A stretch of 49,508 bases of DNA from Octopus bimaculoides. Taxonomy: Eukaryota. Location of the stretch: NCBI RefSeq assembly GCF_001194135.2, contig NC_068981.1:191830818-191880325 (forward strand), read 5' to 3'. The translations under genes and the position numbers were made by a program. Position 1 is the stretch's first letter. Every line of letters begins with the position of its first letter. This document shows positions 37,701 through 45,974 of this stretch, in pieces. The notes under the pieces are model-generated. The model was given only the letters and a program-made list of their open reading frames with translations. It searched no databases and was not told the origin of the DNA.

Positions 37701-39220
37701 GGGACTGATAAAAGAGAGTACTAGTTGAAAACTGGGGTCAATGTAATTGACTTACTCCCTCCCCCTAAAATTGCTGGCTTTGTGCCAAAATTTGAAACTA
37801 TTATTCTTATAATTAATATTATAGGCGCAGGAATGGCTGTGTGGTAAGTAGCTTGCTTACCAACCACATGGTTCCGGGTTCATTCCCACTGCGTGGCATC
37901 TTGGGCAAACCAAATCCTTGTGAGTGAATTTGGTAGACGGAAACTGAAAGAAGCCCGTCGTATATATATATGTATGTGTACGTTTGTGTGTCTGTTTGTC
38001 CCCCCAACATCACTTGACAACCGATGCTGGTGTGTTTACATCCCCATAACGCTAGCGGTTCAGCAAAAGAGACTGATAGAATAAGTACTAGGCTAAGAAA
38101 GAATATGTCCTGGGATCAATTTGCTCGACTAAAGGCGGTGCTCCAGCATGGCCGCAGTGAAATGACTGAAACAAGTAAAAGAGAAAAGGCGCCGGCAAGC
38201 TGGCAGAAATGTTAGCATGGTGGACGAAATGCTTAGCGGGATTTCATCTGTCCAATGTGAGTTCAAATTCCGCCGAGGTCAACTTTGCCTTTCATCCTTT
38301 TGGGGTCAATAAATTAAGTACCAGTTACGCACTGGGGTCGATGTAATCGACTTAATCCCTTGTTTGTCCCCTCTATGTTTAGTCCCTTGTGGGCAGTAAA
38401 GAAATAAGAAGACCAAGGAAAACATAGGTAGAAGTGATGAAGGCTGATTGCAGGAAGTGACAAAGGAATGCAACAAATGGCAGGATTTTGTGTTGGAGCA
38501 TCCAACACATGAAAGTATGGAAAAATTAATGTTAAAAATGAACAAACAGGTGTAGGAGTGGCTGTGTGGTAAGTAGCTTGCTTACGAACCACATGGATCC
38601 AGGTTCAGTCCCACTGCGGGGCAAGTGTCTTGTACCATAGCCTTGGGACGACCAAAGCTTTGTGAGTGGATTTGGTAGACGGAAACTGAAAGAAGCCCAT
38701 CGTATATATATGTGTGTGTGTATGTTTGTGTTTGTCCCCCCAACATCGCTTGACAACCGATGTTGGTGTGTTTAGGTTCCCGCAACTTAGCAGTTTGGCA
38801 AAAGAGGCCCATAGAATAAGTCCTGGGGTCGATTTGCTCGACTAAAGGCGGTGCTCCAGCATGGCCACAGTCAAATGACTGAAACAAGTAAAAGAGCAAA
38901 CACTGAAAAGCATTTTATGTGTTTGACTTCAAAGCTTTCCAAAGTTAATTTTGCCTCTCATCCTTCATAAGTCAATTAAAATAAAGTAATAAGGTATATA
39001 TGATTGATTGATTCCTCCCTCAAAATTGCTTTGTGTCTATGTTTGAAACCATTATTAGTTAAAAGTTGCAGTAGTATTTCACACTTGTTTTATTTCCACA
39101 GTGGCTTCCATATTTGACATTCCTGGTTTGAAACTTCTGCCCGAAATGAATGAACCAGTCAATGCTGCTCAAAAAAAGCCCACTTGTCGCAGTGGCATAC
39201 GAACCACATTAAAGGCATGA
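7882..39220 (+). CDS. CDK14: Cyclin-dependent kinase 14 (PFTAIRE kinase), 14 coding exons, 5' incomplete: join(7882-8056,13142-13299,17853-17944,22363-22442,22829-22923,23815-23877,28600-28661,29617-29678,32368-32488,32886-32979,35183-35246,35987-36084,36889-36979,39102-39220)
   Basis: Manual splicing gives 1374 nt in one open frame with GT-AG introns and matching phases. Kinase motifs: [86 protein letters not shown] plus AKSVP and FPGMKD are diagnostic of CDK14/15 rather than CDK16-18. Confidence 0.96.
8092..8345 (+). mobile_element. SINE family A, truncated, 35 nt downstream of a donor site
   Basis: GGTGCAGGCATGGCTGTGTG head, TTGGGCAAGTGTCTTCTACTA core; followed directly by a family C element. 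Confidence 0.75.
8354..8715 (+). mobile_element. SINE-like family C: three 64-67 bp tandem units plus RTE-like (GAT)n tail
   Basis: GGTGGCACGT at 8405, 8469 and 8536; tail CCATGCTAGCATGGAAAGCGGACGTTAAACGATGATGATGAT. Confidence 0.85.
8765..9195 (+). mobile_element. SINE family A, tail type 2
   Basis: Head, GGCACCTTGGGCAA core and tail homologous to other copies. Confidence 0.75.
10100..10590 (+). mobile_element. SINE family A, diverged
   Basis: GGTGTAGGCATGGCTGTG head, core, (TG)n, CATGCTAGCATGGAAAAACAGATGTTAAATG tail. Confidence 0.65.
12193..12202. other. 10-N assembly gap
   Basis: Direct reading. Confidence 0.99.
12390..12780 (-). mobile_element. SINE family A, reverse, diverged
   Basis: Reverse complement of head (CCACACAGCC at about 12760), core and tail 2. 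Confidence 0.6.
13142..13299 (+). CDS. CDK14: CDK14 exon (V)[15 protein letters not shown]...KRTSSYG
   Basis: Polypyrimidine tract plus AAG acceptor and GGG|GTATGT donor; VKRHHS resembles VKRVHS of vertebrate CDK14 (from memory); phases 1 to 0 fit both neighbours. Confidence 0.85.
13427..13657 (-). mobile_element. piggyBac-like MITE family 2
   Basis: TTAACCTTTT...GGTATCAAAAGGGTTAA; homologous to 18775, 23117 and 39579. Confidence 0.72.
14683..15295 (-). mobile_element. RTE-clade LINE 3' fragment with (GAT)n tail
   Basis: Decayed translation WRKF...[15 protein letters not shown]...[10 protein letters not shown]...RRGRLRKT, typical of the RTE ORF C-terminus; ends CCATGCCAGCATGGAAAAAAGACTTTAAATGATGAGGATGATGA. 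Confidence 0.85.
15770..16130 (+). mobile_element. CR1/Jockey-group LINE RT fragment
   Basis: [24 protein letters not shown] (FADD at 15983-15994) and [10 protein letters not shown]; homologous to the 4210-4600 fragment. Confidence 0.7.
17120..17340 (-). mobile_element. SINE family C-like 3' portion
   Basis: (CAT)n tail followed by reverse complement of the CCAACCCAT and GGAAGGGCA motifs. Confidence 0.6.
17373..17412. repeat. (AG)n microsatellite
   Basis: Direct reading. Confidence 0.95.
17853..17944 (+). CDS. CDK14: CDK14 exon [30 protein letters not shown] (Gly-rich loop)
   Basis: CTCTAG acceptor, GTAAGT donor, kinase subdomain I. Confidence 0.97.
18775..18994 (-). mobile_element. piggyBac-like MITE family 2
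   Basis: TTAACCCTTT start, degenerate right end; internal match to 13427-13657. Confidence 0.62.
19185..19870. mobile_element. Cluster of three family A SINE heads (+ at 19185-19350; - at about 19410-19520 and 19730-19870)
   Basis: Homology to the family A head/core in both orientations. Confidence 0.65.
20452..20870 (+). mobile_element. SINE family A, tail type 1
   Basis: Full head, (TG)n and ...CCCAGCATGGCTGCAATCCAATGACTGAAGCAA tail. Confidence 0.78.
21787..22013 (+). mobile_element. piggyBac-like MITE family 1
   Basis: TTAA at both ends; imperfect TIR (T/C)CCTTTAGCATT; no ORF; second copy at 35310-35524. Confidence 0.75.
22363..22442 (+). CDS. CDK14: CDK14 exon [26 protein letters not shown]
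   Basis: TTTCAG / GTAAGT; catalytic Lys and PFTAIRE helix. Confidence 0.98.
22829..22923 (+). CDS. CDK14: CDK14 exon (A)[31 protein letters not shown]
   Basis: CTCCAG / GTGAGT; subdomains III-V. Confidence 0.98.
23117..23329 (+). mobile_element. piggyBac-like MITE family 2
   Basis: TTAACAGTTTGATACCAAC...AAAAGGGTTAA. Confidence 0.7.
23815..23877 (+). CDS. CDK14: CDK14 exon [21 protein letters not shown]
   Basis: TTTCAG / GTAAAA; phase 0-0. Confidence 0.96.
24200..24492 (+). mobile_element. SINE-like family C: two tandem units plus (GAT)n tail
   Basis: Homologous to 8354-8715. Confidence 0.85.
24581..24646. repeat. Imperfect (CT)n microsatellite
   Basis: Direct reading. Confidence 0.9.
26352..26735 (+). 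mobile_element. SINE family A, tail type 2
   Basis: Head, core and tail homology. Confidence 0.72.
27090..27920 (-). mobile_element. Diverged RTE-clade LINE fragment (post-RT region with Cys cluster)
   Basis: [16 protein letters not shown] followed by [23 protein letters not shown] (FxYLG motif), a degenerate RRL..GH motif and a GATGAT tail. Confidence 0.7.
27965..28345 (+). repeat. Two tandem copies of a dispersed repeat (ATTATCCAATGTGTCC...GATTTGAGGG...CTATTTCTAGCA); related copies near 4090-4215 and 14185-14345
   Basis: Recurring motifs at several positions in the window. Confidence 0.5.
28600..28661 (+). CDS. CDK14: CDK14 exon [20 protein letters not shown](R)
   Basis: TTTCAG / GTATGG; subdomain VIa. 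Confidence 0.97.
28689..28725. repeat. (AC)n microsatellite 27 nt downstream of a donor site
   Basis: Direct reading. Confidence 0.95.
28862..29463. repeat. CpG-rich unclassified insertion with TTAGGG-like units
   Basis: Abrupt CpG enrichment; TTTAGGGTTTTAGGGTTAGGGG at about 29158-29179; abuts a truncated family C element (28735-28855). Confidence 0.45.
29617..29678 (+). CDS. CDK14: CDK14 exon [20 protein letters not shown](G)
   Basis: TTTTAG / GTAAGT; catalytic loop and DFG. Confidence 0.98.
31474..31570 (+). repeat. Non-autonomous repeat beginning TTATTACCT.C.CC...GGTATTGTTTTCAGTCG(TGTT)n; related pieces at about 31910, 32035 and 36290-36420
   Basis: Shared TATTACCT start and GGGAT(C/T)GATC...GACAAGGATTCTGG motif recurring in the window. 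Confidence 0.55.
32368..32488 (+). CDS. CDK14: CDK14 exon [39 protein letters not shown](W)
   Basis: TCTTAG / GTAAGT; activation segment. Confidence 0.98.
32886..32979 (+). CDS. CDK14: CDK14 exon [31 protein letters not shown]
   Basis: TTTCAG / GTAAGA; subdomain IX. Confidence 0.98.
33616..33830 (+). mobile_element. Distinct tRNA-derived SINE
   Basis: A-box-like TAGTCTAGTGG, B-box-like GGTTTCAATTCC, then TTGAGCAAAACACT...CACTCAACTGTAAATGAGTA core. Confidence 0.55.
34127..34484 (+). mobile_element. Young SINE family A, tail type 1
   Basis: TGGCTGTGTGG (A-box-like), GGTTCAGTCCC (B-box-like), GGCACCTTGGGCAAGT (CORE-like); close to the copies at 37823, 38548 and 43652. Confidence 0.9.
34680..34893 (-). 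mobile_element. SINE family B with (ATT)n tail
   Basis: Reverse complement of GCTGGCAAAAGTGTCAGCAC...GAGTTCAAATTCTGCC...GTACCACTTGAGTACTGG...ATTATT. Confidence 0.78.
35183..35246 (+). CDS. CDK14: CDK14 exon [21 protein letters not shown]
   Basis: TTTCAG / GTATGT; LGTP motif. Confidence 0.96.
35310..35524 (-). mobile_element. piggyBac-like MITE family 1, reverse copy
   Basis: TTAACCCTTTAG...TGCTAAAGCATTAA; internally homologous to 21787-22013. Confidence 0.75.
35987..36084 (+). CDS. CDK14: CDK14 exon (T)[32 protein letters not shown]
   Basis: CAACAG / GTAAAA; phases 1 to 0 fit; aligns to the CDK C-lobe insert. Confidence 0.92.
36205..36800 (+). mobile_element. Diverged family A SINE interrupted by an insertion of about 245 bp (36288-36533)
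   Basis: Head/core to CCAATGCC, resumes AGTGGAA..., microsatellite, tail type 1. Confidence 0.65.
36889..36979 (+). CDS. CDK14: CDK14 exon [30 protein letters not shown]
   Basis: TTCCAG / GTAAAG; subdomain XI (P..RISA...H.YF). Confidence 0.97.
37033..37822 (+). mobile_element. Head-to-tail array of four family B SINEs
   Basis: Repeated CTGGCAGAA...AAGTACCAG...CTGGGGTC...CCAAAATTTGAAA(TTA)n units starting at about 37033, 37230, 37381 and 37611. Confidence 0.82.
37823..38183 (+). mobile_element. Young SINE family A, tail type 1
   Basis: Near-complete copy ending ACAAGTAAAAGAG. Confidence 0.9.
38184..38410 (+). mobile_element. Young SINE family B
   Basis: GCTGGCAGAAATGTTAGCA...GAGTTCAAATTCCGCCGAGGTCAACTTTGCCTTTCATCC...AAGTACCAG. 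Confidence 0.85.
38548..38896 (+). mobile_element. Young SINE family A, tail type 1
   Basis: Near-complete copy with small internal deletions. Confidence 0.9.
39102..39220 (+). CDS. CDK14: CDK14 last coding exon (V)[38 protein letters not shown]
   Basis: CCACAG acceptor; SIF.IP...L.PE matches the CDK14 C-terminal motif; TGA at 39218-39220. Confidence 0.95.
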
Positions 39221-39578
39221 GAATGGGATTGGTTCATAGAGACTATAGGTAAGTTTCAGCAACTAACTTAAATTACTCTCCACCCTCATTATAATTATAT
39301 TTGATTAAAGAGATAGCAGTTCTCTAGGAGGAAATGTAAAAATATAAAAAAAATTTTTTAAACCCTTTACAGCACATCAATAATCAGTAAAAAGAAAAAT
39401 CTTTTGGTTATACTGGAGTGTATATTTTTAAAGCTTTCGTGATAGTATTTTGAATAAAATTCACTTTTAAAAATAATCAAGAATTTGGTAGGATTTAGGG
39501 AGAGAACTCTATGTGGAACATAACTTGAGACAAAGTTCTTAAATTGAATTATGACCAACAGCTTTTATGCTAATATGT

Positions 39579-39727
39579 TTAACTCTTTCAATACTAAACT
39601 GAGTGTCCCCGACTCTATCATGTAACCTCCTTGTATCAAGATTGAAATCCTCCAAAATTTCTTAATTTGTTCCAAACAGCAGCTTAGCAACAGCAAAGTT
39701 ATTTTCAAATTAAACTGAAAGGGTTCG
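39579..39727 (+). mobile_element. Shortened MITE family 2 remnant inside the 3'UTR intron
   Basis: TTAACTCTTTCAATAC...GAAAGGGTT with partial internal similarity to 23117-23329. Confidence 0.5.
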
Positions 39728-39807
39728 AATTTATATTTAAAAATTGATTTTAAACATTAAATAGTTATCATTGTTAACTAAACTGTTTGACTTTTTGAAT
39801 ATTACAG

Positions 39808-42330
39808 ATATGAAAGTTTCTACTCAAGATGGCAACTCATTTGGATTGTTCAACATTAGAGACCACTAGCAGTAGTGATGGTCACTAATGATCCTCTCAA
39901 CAGATTTCATTTGTTCCTTTGGTCTCATTATTCCATATTAATCATCCATAATGATCAAGCTAAGTTTCAAGGTCATCTGCTGCATATCCCTGTTAATATG
40001 CACCACAATATTTGCTGTCCATTCTCAACAGATTCTATTGAAATGGTCAATTAGAAAGAAAATGTTAGTTTGTGTTGTTGAAAGACTAAACAAGCTGGCG
40101 TACACCAAAGAGGAATACCATCTTGAATTTAAAAAATAACAACCAAAACAAACTTGATTTATATCTGAAACTAGTCCATTGCTTAGAGCCTCAATTTTGT
40201 GCCTGCAAATCTCCCCCCACATCCAACATTACTACTATAATAGTGATTGAAAGAACTTTTCCAAGACACAGACAAGACTTTTTTTCCTATTGCAATATAT
40301 TTAAAACTGGCTCAACATATGGAGAAAGAGAGAGAAGAAAAAAAAAACTATGCCTACATTGGGCCTGTATTTCATAAAGTCCAGAAAAATGGTGAAAAAG
40401 GAAATTTTATTTTCGATACTGAACTCCTAAGTATAAAACTAAACCCTTAATCATGTGAAGCATTGAGTTGGGACTAAATTCTTCGTGTAACCTTCCACTC
40501 CTCCAGGTATTTTCTTTAAAATGTCTACTTCCCCCATATTATGACAATCCAATTGCTAATTCCTCTGAATTGATTATGACTGGCTGATTGTTAAAGAAAG
40601 CCAGTGCTGTTTGTGCTCTTCTCTGTCTAAACCCATTAGATTGTTATATTAAACAATTATAGTTATGACTGCTAATTCATGAATGCTTTTTTTTTTTTAT
40701 AAAAAATGAGAAAAAAAATCCTACTCCCTATTTAGCAGTTAATAAAAGCCATTTGGCTGTGTTATTTTCCAAGTTTTGGATAGATGAATGAGTAAATTAC
40801 ACTTTGTGACATTTTATAAACTTTGATAAATTAGTTTGTTACACGAAGGTTTACAAAGAAACAAAACTTATCAAGTAGAACTGGTTCATCTGCTCTATAA
40901 ATAAATACTCAAAAGTGTTTTTTTTAACGAAAAAGAATATTTGTTTAAAAAATATTGAAAAGCTGTGAAAGAGATAATTCTTTACATTTATACAAAATAA
41001 AACATTTTGTTCTTGCACGCAATACACGGTGCTGACATTATGAAGTTATGAAGATTTTATTACAATCTTTTCTTATAAATCGAATCTGTGAGAAAAATAT
41101 TTTTTCAGAACAATGAATGACCAAACTTGCTATCTTAAAGGGATCACCAATTTCGATTCTATGAAAGCTTGAGTGCTGATGTCATAAAGGATTTCTGTGA
41201 TCAAATATCAGTGCTAGAAGAAACAAACAGCACTAAGTAATGAATCTTCTTTAACCAGCTAATAACTTCCTGGTTTTGGGGGTCTAAAAATAATTCCTGA
41301 AAATCTTGTCAAACATCAAGAAACTACACACAATTAGTAAATGTGTCTCTTGTGTTAGGCTGTTTAGTTGCAGAAAGAAAAATTTATATTCCAAACTAGA
41401 ATGATACAATGGGTCTAATTATTTTGAAATATTTAGACTAGACAAGAAAAGCAATAATAATTTACTTTTACTGAAAATCTTAAAGAAAAACTAAAAGATC
41501 TAATGAAAAATTTCTCACACTGCCGTAAAAATTCATGTTTTCTCAAGTTTTGCTTTCAAATTAACCTTATTCCTTGATAATTTTAATCTGGTTGGCAGTT
41601 GATGCTTATAGCAATTTAGAGCTACTAATCCTTTAGAATTTCCTCTGTCTGACCCCCTACCTTTATTAAAAACCCAAGTCATTTCCAGTAGAAATACCCG
41701 TTCCCAAAACATACCAAATCCTGATTCCTTTTTCTTTATTCACAAAGCTTTAAAAGATGGCACCAGCCCATCCTTATGCCTCAGTACTCACCATAATCCC
41801 AGAGTGAGTGAGACCCCAATATACTTTTCTGATAATAGCTCGTTTGGAAACTAATATTATGATAATCAAAAGGTTTGCTCAAATTGTTTAAGCATACTTA
41901 TGCTGATTGCTTTAGCATGATATTTATGGAAAAAAAAATATAAAACAAACAAAAAAATAAACATAGAAAGTATTCAATGGATCATCTCCCAACTCTCATG
42001 GCTATAAATTGCCCCCTCCCCACTTCTTTTTTTTTTTTATGAACATCCCATCATTCTGCCATTGATATTTTTCTTTTTTGCAGAGATCTGTTCATCATGA
42101 AGATATTTCTAAATCTATTTTATTTGGTCCACTTACTTGAAGTCTGTGGCATTGCTTCACTCCATAAATATATAAAATTTCCTATCATCATTTGGTTTCC
42201 AATTCATCATACTCACAAAATGTGCATCGTCATGCACGCTGACTGTTAAAATAATGCAAATTGTACATTCCTGCATTTTTTTTTTATTCTGTAAGAACTT
42301 GGAATAAATACTTTCTGTAAAGATTGTTTA
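39808..42330 (+). other. CDK14: Putative terminal 3'UTR exon of CDK14
   Basis: Acceptor TTTTTGAATATTACAG at 39806-07 pairs with donor TAG|GTAAGT at 39249; no recognisable repeats to about 42750; AATAAA at 40741 and 42303. The 3' end is a guess. Confidence 0.55.
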
Positions 42331-42759
42331 AAAAAAAAAAAAAGCCATTTTAGTTTGTTTACTGATCTTGTGTCACTGTAGACATTTGTGTCCAGTTTTC
42401 CCTACTTTGATGACTTGTTGGACAAACTTGATCCAGAGGATTGGTTAGTGGTCAAAGATTATGGAAATTAGTACGGAATGGATGGATTTAGTGAAACAGA
42501 GGTCAAAGTATGTCGTGTATTTCAGTGTGTTATATATAGATTAATTAAAACTGCAATTAACAAAGTGCACATCAAATCTGATGACAGTAAAAATAAGTGG
42601 TGTATTATTTTGTTATATAATGTAATAATTAATGAGGAATATATAGCTGTACTAGATAAGTTCTTCCAATCACTATTGTAGTTGTAATGGAACTGTATAT
42701 TATATTAGTTGGGCTATATCTTGTGGTATGTTTACATAATTTACATCAATTTAATATCC

Positions 42760-43025
42760 ACTTATTCATGGATGGAATTTGTTGAGTCAGCTCTGCCTTC
42801 CAGGGTCAATAAAAATAAGCACCAGAAAAGTACTTGGTGCAATGAACTCCCTGCAACCTAAAATTGCTGGTCTTTTGCCAACATTTGAGAGAATTCTTAC
42901 ATGTTAGGAGGATGGATTAGCAGAATTGACAAAGTGCTTTATAGTAAGTTAGTTATGGCTCTTTACATTCTGAGTTCAAATCCTACTGAGGTCAATTCTG
43001 CCTTTTATCCTTCTAGGGATCACTG
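42760..43025 (+). mobile_element. Two tandem diverged family B SINEs
   Basis: GCCTTCCAGGGTCAATAAAAATAAGCACCAG and TTCTGAGTTCAAATCC...GCCTTTTATCC motifs. Confidence 0.55.
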
Positions 43026-43651
43026 TTATCAGCTAATACCCTCTACACAAAATTTCAGGCCTTATGATTATTTTACAATATCCTTTGTTTTTTTTGTTTT
43101 TTTTTTCATGTTAAGTTTTCAAAGTAACTAGAGGTTATCATTCACTGGTTTCAGTCATTGAATAGCAGCCCTACTAAGGCCGACCCCAATACTTATTTTT
43201 TAAGTCAGATACTTACTCTATCAGCATCTTTCGCTGAACCCCTATATTATGGGGATATAAGCAAACCAAAACTAGTGGCGATAGGGACAGACAAAATCTT
43301 CACATTCAACAGATTTGCACCAAATCCACTCAGTGGAACTGAATCGAAAACCAGAGGGTTGTTAAGCAAGTTTCTTTACCACACACCCATGCCTAATGCT
43401 AGTTTCCTTTGTTGCATGTCTTTGCATGAAAGAAAACTAACATTTTCTTCAAGTTTGGTCATAGAAAAGGAAATATTTAGGTCACGCATGATAGATTATT
43501 CAAGTTTAATTAGATAACCTACCCACATATCCAGCACAGATTAATCGGTCACTATGGTTATGTAGGTGGTTACATTGCTATTAAACTGAAAGCATATACT
43601 TGGTAGGTGTTGTTCCTTTACCAATACTTAAGTAGTTGGATGTCTTACATA

Positions 43652-44014
43652 TACTCTTTTACTTGTTTCAGTCATTTGACTGCGGCCAGGCTGGAGCACT
43701 GCCTTTAGTCGAGCAAATCGACCCCAGGACTTATTCTTTGTAAGCCTAGTATTTATTCTATCGGTCTCTTTTACCAAACTGCTAAGTTACGGGATGTAAA
43801 CACACCAGCATCGGTTGTCAAGCGATGTTGGTGTATATATATATATATACACACACACAACGGGCTTCTTTCAGTTTCCGTCTACCAAATCCACTCACAA
43901 GGCTTTGGTTGGCCCGAGGCTATAGTAGAAGACACTTACCCAAGGTGCCACGCAGTGGAACTGAACCTGGAACCATGTGGTTGGTAAGCAAGCTACTTAC
44001 CACACAGCCACTCC
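43652..44014 (-). mobile_element. Young SINE family A, tail type 1, reverse
   Basis: Complete reverse-complement copy. Confidence 0.9.
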
Positions 44015-44853
44015 ATTAATTTTCTACAATGAAAAAATATCCGAAACCGTTAAGTAAAATGGGCAAATATCTTAATCTTCTCAATATTCTGTATGTATTA
44101 AAAGTAACAGCATGAAATTTTCTGGGAGGAGGAATGTTTCAAATTGTTGTCATTCTTATCCTATCATGGCTATCTCTTATAACAAAGAATCAGTCCCAGA
44201 AACCCTATAAATATCTTTTATAATAGCTACTGAAGAGACCAGACAGAATACAGCACGAGATATACGAGCTTTGTCTCTTGTTTTTGAGATCAAACCCACC
44301 CAACATTGAATTTGTTGTGTATTTTTATCAACAATAAAAATAACAGCAATTTAGAGAAAGAAATTTAATTCACTGCATTCTATCCGACAAAACTTGGCCC
44401 TGGGCTGCCTCTTTGGATCCCCTGATGTGAATTTTATTTTTTTTAAATGATTTTGGTATGCTAAGGGTAATGGGGGGGGAGGGGGCATCTCAACCTGGAG
44501 ACTTGGCTTGCAACTGAGCAGACTCTACTAAAGGCAATTGACAACAGTCAGAAGGTATTAAACCAGGTATTAGATAAAATCTACTACATTTAGTTTGCGA
44601 CTACCAACCTTCACATACAAAACTTTGCTGTGGAGCTATGCCAAAAGAGACTGCGCAGTGGGGTTGAACTCATGTAACTACAAAATGAATCTTCTTAGCA
44701 CACGGGTCCTGCTAGAATCACATTCACTAACAGTGATGTGCTTCATGCTATTGTATTACACTTTCTTTACTGAAAATTTTGGCCTTGCAGCAGCCAGTTA
44801 TATCATCTTTTAATGTCCATTTGCCATGCTGGCATGGGTTTTATATAGATATA

Positions 44854-45723
44854 TTGGGTCATGCCATAAATAATACGGTTTTTTTATACTCATTTTTCAA
44901 AATTAAAATAAAGTTCTTTTTAAATTTAAAATAAGCTCTCCATTCCCTACAATTCTCTTCCATCTATCTCATCGACTTGCAAGGCCCTTCTTCCAAAATT
45001 CACTTGTCTGTGAGGAAAAATACTCCTCCAGTACTGTTCTGACCTTGTCTACAGAATTCATGTTTTTTCTGTCTAAATGATTTTGAAGACTGTGGAATAA
45101 ATGATAATCAGATGGGGGGGCAATATCCAGCAAATATGGTGGGTGTAACATCATTTCCCATTCAAACTGCTCCAGACTTTGGAATGACATCCTTGCTGTA
45201 TGTGGCTGTGCAATTAGACTTGGAAAGTTTGTGAGGAACCCATTGACCCAATTTGCTAACTTTTCTGATGGCATGTAAGTGTTGATGAATGGTTGAATGA
45301 CCAAATCCAACCTTGTCTGCTGGTTCCTCAACAGTTGTTACAAGGGAATTTTGTCCCAATAGGGTTTGCAAGACGTCCTCGTCAAGCTCTACAGATCATC
45401 CAGGACAAGGCTCATCTTCTAGGCTGTACTTTCCGGCTCAGAATTTCTGGAACCACCATTAACACCGGCTTATGCTTATTGTCTGATCCCCATATACTGC
45501 ATTAATATTCCTCGCACTTTCCATTATGTTGTTGCCTTTATTGAACTCATAAAGCAAAATATGCTCCTTTGTTACTTCCATTATAGCTTGGAAAAAAATA
45601 AGGACAAGATAAAAAATAATACCTGCTTTCATAGCAAGTTGATGCAGGTAGTTTATCTTCTTCCCCTCCGACTTTTAGTTTATGCAAATGAAAAAAAAAC
45701 GCATTATTTATGAGATGACCCAA
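44854..45723 (-). mobile_element. Internally deleted mariner (Tc1/mariner) DNA transposon, 870 bp
   Basis: TIRs TTGGGTCATGCCATAAATAATACG and TTGGGTCATCTCATAAATAATGCG (3 mismatches in 24); TA at 44852-53 and 45724-25; decayed transposase inside. Confidence 0.93.
44925..45581 (-). pseudogene. Mariner transposase pseudogene
   Basis: MEVTKEHILLYEFNKG..., WVPHKL, PHTAR, HPPYLLDIAPPSDYHLFHSLQNHL; in-frame stops, frameshifts, and no central catalytic segment. Confidence 0.9.
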
Positions 45724-45868
45724 TACATTCTGAAAAGGAATATATAAACTTAGATATTATTGTTTCATACCAAAAACAAGACATTAAAAATCCATACCTT
45801 TCATCTGTGACCTGATGTTAAAGAAATTATGTTCCGATGAAATATCAACATTCATTAGCTGAGAAAAT

Positions 45869-45974
45869 TTTATTGAAGATTTTTTTCTTTTTTTTTTGAC
45901 AATTATCTGTTTAACAGCAGCAAATCGTTCTACGTTTGTTGCCCTATAACAAACAATAGATTACGCATTTTATT
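45869..45974 (-). promoter_or_regulatory. Candidate polyadenylation signals of the - strand gene
   Basis: AATAAA on the - strand at 45969-45974 and 45869-45874, at the end of a stretch about 2.2 kb long with no recognisable interspersed repeats. Confidence 0.35.
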
